This document shows positions 28,299 to 36,734 of a stretch of DNA of 64,000 nucleotides, piece after piece (the first letter of the stretch is position 1; every line of letters starts with the position of its first letter). The stretch is from an uncultured Lentimicrobiaceae bacterium. GTDB taxonomy: Bacteria > Bacteroidota > Bacteroidia > Bacteroidales > UBA4417. Under the pieces are notes generated by a model. The model saw nothing but the letters and a program-made list of their open reading frames with translations. It was not told the DNA's origin and did not search any database. Made by a program: the position numbers and the translations under genes. Location of the stretch: contig CAYQTT010000004.1 of NCBI GenBank assembly GCA_964420555.1, positions 26,679 to 90,678 of the forward strand. Reading direction: 5' to 3'.

Positions 28299-29873
28299 AT
28301 GGAAAACATCGACTTCTCGCTCGTAAACTGGTCGCGGGCACAATTCGCACTCACTGCCATGTATCACTGGTTGTTTGTGCCGCTTACCCTCGGGCTTTCG
28401 TTTATTGTTGCATTTATGGAAACGCTGTATGTGCGCACAGGCAATCCCGAATGGAAGCGGATCACAAAATTCTGGATGACTATTTTCGGTATAAACTTCG
28501 CCATTGGGGTAGCAACCGGTATCATTCTGGAATTCGAATTCGGAACTAATTGGTCAAACTATTCATGGTTTGTAGGCGATATTTTTGGTGCCCCGCTGGC
28601 AATCGAAGGTATTATGGCTTTCTTCCTCGAAAGTACTTTTATTGCAGTTATGTTCTTTGGCTGGAATAAGGTGAGCAAGAAGTTTCACCTGCTTTCGACC
28701 TGGCTGGTAGCTTTCGGCTCCAACTTGTCAGCTCTCTGGATTTTAGTTGCCAATGCCTGGATGCAGAATCCGGTTGGCATGAAATTTAATCCGGATACTG
28801 CCCGTAACGAAATGGTAAATTTCTGGGAAGTGCTGTTTTCGCCTGTTGCAATCAATAAATTCCTTCATACTATTTCGTCAGGTTATGTGCTGGCATCGGT
28901 TTTTGTGGTTGGCGTAAGTGCCTGGTACTTAATTAAAAATCGCGATCATTTGTTTGCTAAACGGAGTATCATTGTAGCCTCTGTTTTTGGACTGGTTACC
29001 TCGCTGTTCGTTGTTTTAACCGGTGATGGATCAGCGCGTAATATGGCAAAATTTCAGCCTATGAAATTTGCGGCTATGGAAAACCTCTATGTCGGCCAGC
29101 AAAATGCGCCACTGGTTGCGATCGGTATTCTGAAAGAAAATGTAAAAGAAGCAGCCCACAAAAAGCAGGATTTCCGCTTTATGATTGAGATCCCGAACAT
29201 GCTTTCCTACATGGCTTTTCTTGATCCGAATGCATATGTGCCCGGTATCCAGGATTTAGTTCATGGAAATCCGGAGCATCAGATTTTATCTTATAAAGAG
29301 AAAAGCGAAAAGGGAAAGATTGCCATTACGTCGCTGGCTGAATATAAAAATGCAAAAAAGGCCGGAAACGACAGCCTTGCAAATGCAGCCCGGGTTCGGT
29401 TTGAAGAAAACTATAAATATTTTGGATATGGATATTATGAAGGCCGCGAATTACACGAACTGGTTCCCAGTGTACCGACTACCTTTTATTCATTCCGCGT
29501 AATGGTTGGGCTTGGTTTTCATTTTATGCTGCTTTTCTTCGTGGTGCTGGTTCTAACTGTAAAAGATAAAATTACTACAAATAAATGGGTTCTTTATACC
29601 GCGCTTTGGTCGATTCCGCTTGCTTATATAGCATCCGAATTAGGCTGGGTTGTTGCCGAAGTAGGCCGCCAGCCCTGGGTAATACAGGATATTCTGCCAA
29701 CCATTGCTGCTGTATCTCAACTTCAGCCTGCTTCGGTGCAAATTACATTCTGGATGTTCTTCGTCATTTTCACCGCTTTACTGATTGCCGAAATTAAAAT
29801 TATGACGAAACAGATCAAAAAAGGTCCCGAAAAAGAGACACCCTCAACCGAATCCACGTCAGCAAATAACTAA
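28299..29873 (+). CDS. cydA: Cytochrome bd ubiquinol/menaquinol oxidase subunit I
   Basis: SRAQFALTAMYHWLFVP, FEFGTNWS, QPMKFAAME, EVGRQPW. Confidence 0.97.
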   Translation: MENIDFSLVNWSRAQFALTAMYHWLFVPLTLGLSFIVAFMETLYVRTGNPEWKRITKFWMTIFGINFAIGVATGIILEFEFGTNWSNYSWFVGDIFGAPLAIEGIMAFFLESTFIAVMFFGWNKVSKKFHLLSTWLVAFGSNLSALWILVANAWMQNPVGMKFNPDTARNEMVNFWEVLFSPVAINKFLHTISSGYVLASVFVVGVSAWYLIKNRDHLFAKRSIIVASVFGLVTSLFVVLTGDGSARNMAKFQPMKFAAMENLYVGQQNAPLVAIGILKENVKEAAHKKQDFRFMIEIPNMLSYMAFLDPNAYVPGIQDLVHGNPEHQILSYKEKSEKGKIAITSLAEYKNAKKAGNDSLANAARVRFEENYKYFGYGYYEGRELHELVPSVPTTFYSFRVMVGLGFHFMLLFFVVLVLTVKDKITTNKWVLYTALWSIPLAYIASELGWVVAEVGRQPWVIQDILPTIAAVSQLQPASVQITFWMFFVIFTALLIAEIKIMTKQIKKGPEKETPSTESTSANN

Positions 29874-29892
29874 CCCTTAAAAACCAAGAATC

Positions 29893-31065
29893 ATGTTCGA
29901 AGCATTTTCATATATCACGTTGCAGCAGTATTGGTGGATAATCGTTTCGCTGCTGGGCGCAATTCTCGTTTTCCTGATGTTCGTACAGGGTGGGCAAACA
30001 CTTATTTACACCATTGGAAAAACCAATGATGAACGCACCATATTGATCAACCTGCTTGGGCGCAAATGGGAGTTCACATTTACCACGCTGGTAACTTTTG
30101 GCGGCGCATTTTTCGCTTCCTTCCCATTGTTTTACTCTACCAGTTTTGGCGGGGCTTACTGGGTTTGGATTGTGATACTTTTTGCCTTTATTATCCAGGC
30201 TGTATCGTACGAATACCGGAGCAAAGCAGGTAATTTCCTGGGTAAAAGAACCTACGAAACCTTTTTACTTCTCAATGGTATTCTGGCTCCGTTGCTGATT
30301 GGAACCGCTGTAGCTACTTTCTTCACCGGTTCACAATTCTCAGTTAACTTTATGAATATTACCCGCTTAACCGGCGATAAAATGCCTGTAATCTCGGAAT
30401 GGATGGGGCCGGCACATGGACTCGAAGCAGCTTTAAGTCTTCATAACCTCACATTGGGACTAGCCGTTTTATTCCTTTCGCGCGTACTGGCTTTGCTGTA
30501 TTTCATGAACCGCATCAAGCATGCCGAAATGATGGAACGCATTAAGAAACAACTTCTTATCAATGCCATTCCTTTTGTGTTTTTCTTTCTCACTTTCGTG
30601 ATATGGACGTTGTTATCCAGTGGTTTTGCGGTAAATCCCGAAACCAAAGAAGTATTTATGGAACCTTATAAATACCTTCATAACCTGCTGCAAATGCCTG
30701 TTGTGGCAATAATGTTTGTACTGGGAGTGGCATTGGTCCTGATTGGAATAATTCGTCCGCTTACCTGTTTCGAAAAATGCAGCACTAAAGGAATCTGGGG
30801 TGCCGGAATCGGAACGGTTTTAACGGTTTTGGCGTTGTTCCTTTTGGCAGGTTTTAACAATACGGCGTATTATCCGTCCACGTATGATCTGCAAAGTTCG
30901 TTAACCATTCAGAACAGTTCTTCTAGTCTATATACATTAACGGCTATGAGCTATGTTTCGTTAATGGTTCCATTCGTTATAGCTTACATCTGGATTGCAT
31001 GGAGATCCATTGATAACAAGAAAATTGATATGGAAGAGTTGAATAACGAAACGCACGTTTACTAA
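29893..31065 (+). CDS. cydB: Cytochrome bd oxidase subunit II
   Basis: GRKWEFTFTTLVTFGGAFFASFP; follows cydA; multi-TM. Confidence 0.95.
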   Translation: MFEAFSYITLQQYWWIIVSLLGAILVFLMFVQGGQTLIYTIGKTNDERTILINLLGRKWEFTFTTLVTFGGAFFASFPLFYSTSFGGAYWVWIVILFAFIIQAVSYEYRSKAGNFLGKRTYETFLLLNGILAPLLIGTAVATFFTGSQFSVNFMNITRLTGDKMPVISEWMGPAHGLEAALSLHNLTLGLAVLFLSRVLALLYFMNRIKHAEMMERIKKQLLINAIPFVFFFLTFVIWTLLSSGFAVNPETKEVFMEPYKYLHNLLQMPVVAIMFVLGVALVLIGIIRPLTCFEKCSTKGIWGAGIGTVLTVLALFLLAGFNNTAYYPSTYDLQSSLTIQNSSSSLYTLTAMSYVSLMVPFVIAYIWIAWRSIDNKKIDMEELNNETHVY

Positions 31066-31177
31066 AAACACCAGCCGGATCGGGAGTATCAATAAACTCT
31101 TTTTGATGCTCCCGACATCCGACATCCAACATCACCCCAATTCCCCAATCATCAAAAACCCTAAAACCACTCATCCC

Positions 31178-31291
31178 ATGTTCACACAAATATTATGGCT
31201 TCTTTCCTGGCCAATACTTATCGCAGTTTCTTTTTATGCCATCAGGTGGATGCTAAAGAAATTTGAACGAAATACACGCATTGTTAAATAG
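31178..31291 (+). CDS. 37-aa single-TM protein, candidate CydX/CydS-like subunit
   Basis: MFTQILWLLSWPILIAVSFYAIRWMLKKFE immediately downstream of cydB. Confidence 0.55.
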   Translation: MFTQILWLLSWPILIAVSFYAIRWMLKKFERNTRIVK

Positions 31292-31406
31292 TTGTGCGAT
31301 AGTTCTAACACTTCAACTAATTGCTTTTAGTAAATCCGAAAGATAGATCGTAGATTTATCCGTAATAATGACTGCATCTTTGTAAATTTGTACTACAAAG
31401 AATCAA

Positions 31407-31799
31407 ATGAAAAACGGAATCATATCAGGAATTCTTTTACTTGTGTTATCGGCATATTTAATTATTCCGGTACTTCCCGTTATTGATTATCTAATCAACA
31501 AAGATTACATCGCTAAAAACCTTTGTATCAATAAGGATAGACCCAAAAGTTGCTGCAAGGGCAAATGCCATATGGTGAAGCAGTTGCAGAAAACAAACCC
31601 AAACCCAGGAAACGATACTAAAGACACAAACAAAAGAGTTCAGCTCAAAGAACTTAACGACTTTATAGTAAACAACCCCTGCCTTTTAAGGCTAGAGATC
31701 ACAAGCGTAAACTATCAGAAGTATTCTATATCAACCTATATTGAATTGGCAGGATCTGCCGTTTTTGTTCCTCCGAAACCCGGTCTCAGCCTGGTTTAG
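31407..31799 (+). CDS. Cys-rich exported protein/leader ORF upstream of TBDT
   Basis: N-terminal hydrophobic helix, CINKDRPKSCCKGKCH, C-terminal FVPP; TAAATTTG promoter box at 31383-31390. Confidence 0.75.
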   Translation: MKNGIISGILLLVLSAYLIIPVLPVIDYLINKDYIAKNLCINKDRPKSCCKGKCHMVKQLQKTNPNPGNDTKDTNKRVQLKELNDFIVNNPCLLRLEITSVNYQKYSISTYIELAGSAVFVPPKPGLSLV

Positions 31800-32083
31800 C
31801 AACACAGATTATCATTACCTGACTTATCCTTCAATAAACTTGTTGGCAAATGTTGGTAATTGATCATAGTTCGTTTCCGAAAAGTATAGTGCAATTTGGG
31901 TTTATGACCTTTCAGCGTCCGAAGGACCTGCAAGCGTCATATCAACCTGCATTGATCATATACCTGAGGATGCTTTTATCTGAAATTATATTTTCGGAAA
32001 CGGAAAGGGCAGAAGTTTTTTAGCCTTAAATCAATATTTGGGGTACTATTATTAGCCTCTCATTAGTTAAAAAAATTACAAAA

Positions 32084-34198
32084 ATGAAAATAAAAATATT
32101 ACTTCTCACAGCCTCCGTGCTGATGCTCATGAGCGGATTAAAAGCTCAGGATCTGGCTGATACAATTAGCCTGGGAGCAGTCGAAATCAGGGATTCATTG
32201 ATAATACGTGCGCCTTTTGTTACATCGCAAGTTACAAAAGCGGTATTGCAGGCTGCGCCTACTCGTGATGTAGGAGAATACCTGCGCAGCATTCCTAACG
32301 TCAGTGGTATTCGCAAGGGTGGCGGTGCCATCGACCCTGTTGTGCGTGGTTTCAAATTCAGCCAGTTAAACGTAGTGATGGATGGAGGAATAAAGATTGA
32401 AAACGGTTGTCCCAACCGCATGGACCCGGTTTCGGCACATGTTGAAGTAGAGGAGCTTGCGAAAATAAATGTAGTGAAAGGCCCTTTCCTGCTCAATTAT
32501 GGCCCCGCTATGGGCGGTGTAATTGATCTGCAGACCGAAAATCCTCACCCTTATGCGAAATTTGAAATTCACGGGAATGCCATGTTTGGTTATGAAACAA
32601 ACTGGGATGGTGCAAAGGAACATTTTTCGTTGTATGGCGGAAACAGCAGAATTTACTTCCTGGCCAACGGAGGTTACCGTAAATACGGTGATTACTCAAG
32701 CGGAGGTTCCGAAGGTGAGGCAAAAGAGTATAACACCTCTTTCCGGAAATACAATTACGGCGCAAAAGTAGGATATGCCATTACCTCAAAGCAGGAAATT
32801 CTGCTTTCGTACAGCGAAGTCCATGGCAGGGATGTTATGTTTCCTGCCCTCACTATGGACGAAAAAAGCGATGACACCCGTTTGATGGCCATGGATTATG
32901 CAGTTAAAAACTTATCGGGAATAATCAGATCGCTGGATGTAAAAGTTTACCGGACTGACGTTGCACATCTTATGGACAACAGCAACCGCGAAACATGGAA
33001 AACAAAACAAATGGTTGCCGATGTGGATGCTTTAAATACAGGTGGAAAAGCAATTTTGGGTATGAAAATAAAGAATCACAACCTTACAGCCGGATTGGAT
33101 TATGAAAATATATACAAAGATGGTGTCCGAAACATGACCATGACGATGATGGGAACTACTTCCACCAAACGATTCAATCTCTGGAATAAGGCTCTCATTC
33201 AGAATGCGGGATTGTTTGCCGGTTACAATACAGTTATTAAATCATTCGCACTGGATGCGGCTCTCCGTGTCGATTTTAACAATGCCGATTCGGAGGATAC
33301 CCTGGTGCTGATTAAAAACGGGGTGGAATATTTTAACGAAACCGCGTCGCAGTTTGTAAATGTTAGCGCCAACCTGGGGGTAACGCATTATTTTGCTGAA
33401 AATTTTTCGGTTTCCTTAGCTCTTGCCCGCGGTACCCGCAGCCCCAATATGCTTGAGCGTTATGTGAAACTGCTTACTGTTGGCTACGATAGTTACGATT
33501 ACCTGGGAAACCCCCAACTCAAACCCGAAGCCAATAATGAAGTGGACCTTACATTCAAATATACGGATCCGAAACTTGGAAGCATGTATGTGAATGGATT
33601 TTACTCCTATGTCCAGGATTATATTTCGGCAGTTTTGCTCCCATCATCCGTTATAATGCCGGCAACTCTTGGTGCGCCGGGCGTAAAGCAGTATGTTAAT
33701 GTGGACAGAGCGACTTTTACCGGTTTCGAAATCGGATATACTTCACCGCAAACGTATAAACTTGGGTTAAGTGTTATAGCTGCTATGACATATGGGCAAA
33801 TTCCTGAAGTAACAAAATATATAATTACTTCGGGGCAGGTAACAGGGGACACACTTTTGAAAAACGATGCACTGCCCGAAATACCGCCATTTGAAACAAC
33901 AATCAGTGTAAACTATCGTTTATTAAAAGGGAAGCTGGTACCCAAAATCTCGTACAGACTTGTTGCTGCACAAAATCACGTTTCCGAAGCATTTTATGAG
34001 CCGGAAACACCGGGATTTTCTCTTTTGAATTTCTCAATTGCTTACAGTATAACTAAGAATATTAACATAAATGCAGGTGCAAACAATATCTTTGACGTGT
34101 CGTATTACGAACATCTGAACCGGAAAATCGTGGGGTCAACGGAAAAACTTTACGAACCCGGCCGCACGTTTTTTGTAACGATTAACCTTTCAATCTGA
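32084..34198 (+). CDS. TonB-dependent receptor, OprC/NosA copper-receptor-like
   Basis: Plug motif GCPNRMDP (CxxxM); Met-rich MTMTMM segment; EPGRTF C-terminus. Confidence 0.85.
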   Translation: MKIKILLLTASVLMLMSGLKAQDLADTISLGAVEIRDSLIIRAPFVTSQVTKAVLQAAPTRDVGEYLRSIPNVSGIRKGGGAIDPVVRGFKFSQLNVVMDGGIKIENGCPNRMDPVSAHVEVEELAKINVVKGPFLLNYGPAMGGVIDLQTENPHPYAKFEIHGNAMFGYETNWDGAKEHFSLYGGNSRIYFLANGGYRKYGDYSSGGSEGEAKEYNTSFRKYNYGAKVGYAITSKQEILLSYSEVHGRDVMFPALTMDEKSDDTRLMAMDYAVKNLSGIIRSLDVKVYRTDVAHLMDNSNRETWKTKQMVADVDALNTGGKAILGMKIKNHNLTAGLDYENIYKDGVRNMTMTMMGTTSTKRFNLWNKALIQNAGLFAGYNTVIKSFALDAALRVDFNNADSEDTLVLIKNGVEYFNETASQFVNVSANLGVTHYFAENFSVSLALARGTRSPNMLERYVKLLTVGYDSYDYLGNPQLKPEANNEVDLTFKYTDPKLGSMYVNGFYSYVQDYISAVLLPSSVIMPATLGAPGVKQYVNVDRATFTGFEIGYTSPQTYKLGLSVIAAMTYGQIPEVTKYIITSGQVTGDTLLKNDALPEIPPFETTISVNYRLLKGKLVPKISYRLVAAQNHVSEAFYEPETPGFSLLNFSIAYSITKNININAGANNIFDVSYYEHLNRKIVGSTEKLYEPGRTFFVTINLSI

Positions 34199-35013
34199 TG
34201 CAAACCAAATATGCCTTGTTCCTTTCACTACTTCTTGGCGCTTTGTTGCTGATGAATATATCGTGTAACAATGATGATCCGGATGTTAAGGAAACGGCAG
34301 GGCATATTTCTTTTACTTTCACTCATTTGGTAGATGGACAGGTCTTGCAAAAAGACAATATGAAGTATTTAAATGCCGCCGGAAACCCGTATGAAATAAT
34401 CCAGGTAATGTATTTTATTTCGGATGTTACGCTTCATAAATCCGATGGAACCAAAAAACTGATCCGGGATTGGACCGATATTTATTATGTGGATATCGAT
34501 TTACCTGAAACACTTATCTGGGATGTGTATGATGATATTGCCACAGGAGCATACGATTCTGTTACTTTTATTTTCGGGATCACCAAAGAGAAAAATCAAT
34601 CGTTCCGCTTTGTAAATCCACCCGAAGTAAATATGATGTGGCCCGATATTTTAGGCGGCGGCTATCATTATATGATGATCAACGGGAGTTGGAAGGACAA
34701 TGAAAATGTAATAAAGAGCTACGCTTTTCATCTGGGAATCGGGCAGTTATACAACAGCAATGTGATAGAAGTGGATTCCATTTATGCTTTTGTACAGAAT
34801 TATTTTAACGTAAAGTTGCCCAATTCATCTTTTACTATTGAAGATAGTAAAACATGTAATATTGAAATCATTATGAATGTTGATAGCTGGTTTAAGACGC
34901 CGCATATCTATGATCATAATTATTGGGGCGGAGCAATAATGCAGAAGCAACCGGCTATGCAGATGGCAAAGGAAAACGGATTTGATGTGTTTGAGGTTGG
35001 CGTGATTCAATAA
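34198..35013 (+). CDS. MbnP-family copper-binding lipoprotein
   Basis: Lipobox ISC; YFISDVTL, MMWP...GGGYHYM, FHLG; TGATG overlap with the TBDT. Confidence 0.7.
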   Translation: MQTKYALFLSLLLGALLLMNISCNNDDPDVKETAGHISFTFTHLVDGQVLQKDNMKYLNAAGNPYEIIQVMYFISDVTLHKSDGTKKLIRDWTDIYYVDIDLPETLIWDVYDDIATGAYDSVTFIFGITKEKNQSFRFVNPPEVNMMWPDILGGGYHYMMINGSWKDNENVIKSYAFHLGIGQLYNSNVIEVDSIYAFVQNYFNVKLPNSSFTIEDSKTCNIEIIMNVDSWFKTPHIYDHNYWGGAIMQKQPAMQMAKENGFDVFEVGVIQ

Positions 35014-35134
35014 CCAGCTGCTTTTTTACAACTGGGAATTTTCACCATCTTTATTAAAAAAATGAGGATATCGAACTATTTTTAATTTCCCCGCTTACTA
35101 TTAACTACTTACCCATTAACCAATAACTAAAAAA

Positions 35135-35749
35135 ATGAGTGAATTCGACGACAGAGCCCGCGACTGGGATAAAAATCAACGGTATATTGACAGATCCGAA
35201 GCCGTTGCAAAAGCAATGCTGCAAGCGATTCCTTTTAATAAGAAAATGAAAGCCCTTGAGTATGGCTCAGGCACAGCCTTGCTCAGTTTTGCCCTTAGAG
35301 ATCAATTTGAAGAAATTACCTTGATGGACAACTCGCAGGGAATGACCACGGTAACAGCAGAGAAAATTGCTGATCAGAATATTCAAAATATGAAACCGCT
35401 GTTTTTTGACCTGGAACATCAGGACTACGATGGAAAATTTGATATTATCTATAACCAGATGGTAATGCACCATGTAAATGATATTGATGCTTTGCTTACG
35501 AAATTTCATGGTTTGCTTAACCCAGGCGGATATCTTGCCATTGCTGACTTATATGCCGAAGATGGTTCGTTTCATGGGGAAGGATTTAATGGTCATAAGG
35601 GATTTGATGTGGAAAATCTGCAAAATCGTGTTTCCTCTAAAGGATTTATTGGTCTTAAGTACATGCAGTGTTTTGTGATTTCAAAGATATCAGAAGATGG
35701 CAGTACTAAAGACTATCCTTTGTTTTTATTAGTAGCCCGAACAGTTTAA
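35135..35749 (+). CDS. Class I SAM-dependent methyltransferase
   Basis: LEYGSGTA motif I, MVMHHV, LNPGGYL, EDGSFH. Confidence 0.9.
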   Translation: MSEFDDRARDWDKNQRYIDRSEAVAKAMLQAIPFNKKMKALEYGSGTALLSFALRDQFEEITLMDNSQGMTTVTAEKIADQNIQNMKPLFFDLEHQDYDGKFDIIYNQMVMHHVNDIDALLTKFHGLLNPGGYLAIADLYAEDGSFHGEGFNGHKGFDVENLQNRVSSKGFIGLKYMQCFVISKISEDGSTKDYPLFLLVARTV

Positions 35750-36353
35750 ATTAAGGTTATAGCTCTTTTTTTTAAATAAATAATTGTAAGGCTGATTTTA
35801 GGAATCATTTTATTTGTGATTTTTATTTGAGAAAAATGAATAATCATGTTTTAAAACGGAGTAAATAAAATTTTATGATGTTCATTATGCGAAAAATGTC
35901 CCGATAGAGTAAATTTAATTTATTTTTGGGAATATTCTTAATTATCGCCCGTTTTGGGACACTCTCGTATTTTTGGGAATAGATTTTCGATGTAAAGTAT
36001 TTCAAGATATTGATATAGAGTACGATATGATTTTGGTATATTTATTGATTATTTACAATATTATAATCTGAGTAATGGTGAAATTAGTCGATTGGCTTAA
36101 CTTTTGAGTAATTAGATCAGATCATTTCAAGATAGAACCAGTTTAATAGAATTCGAAATCTGGTTCTGACATTTAATGGCTATGTTGAGCATTTAAACGA
36201 AATGATGACTTTTCACTTTACATATTAATCTGACATTTACGGTTAAGTGTTTTCAGAAAATACAAATATGGTCTGATATCTATCAGGAATAGGTATTGTG
36301 ATTGTTTTGTTTAATGGATTTTAAAAAGAGATGATAAAATACTGATAATCAGC

Positions 36354-36719
36354 ATGCGCATGAAGATAAATTTTGTAATTGTAGTTTGTTTGTTACTAAC
36401 TGCCGTCTTTTCTAAGGCCCATACCTTAAATGATCGCGGTATGCAAAGCCTGAATTCCCCGGTTGTAACTGTGTTGGACTCTGCTTATTCTTTTAAAACT
36501 GTTCTGGCAGTTAACAATACATGGGGTTATGATATTTTTAAAGGAGGGAAGCGGATAATTCATCAGCAAAATATACCTGGTGTATCAGGGAATGAAGGGT
36601 TTAAGTCGGCGTCAGATGCTGAAAAAGTGGCAAGACTTGTAATAACAAAACTAAAAAATGGGGAAATGCCTCCAAGTGTTTCAAAAGAAGAATTGATAAA
36701 TCTAAAGGTCTTGAAATAA
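36354..36719 (+). CDS. DUF4907 family protein
   Basis: WGYDI, IHQQNIPGV.GNEGF, AEKVARLV, PPSVS. Confidence 0.8.
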   Translation: MRMKINFVIVVCLLLTAVFSKAHTLNDRGMQSLNSPVVTVLDSAYSFKTVLAVNNTWGYDIFKGGKRIIHQQNIPGVSGNEGFKSASDAEKVARLVITKLKNGEMPPSVSKEELINLKVLK

Positions 36720-36734
36720 ACAAACAAAATAAGT

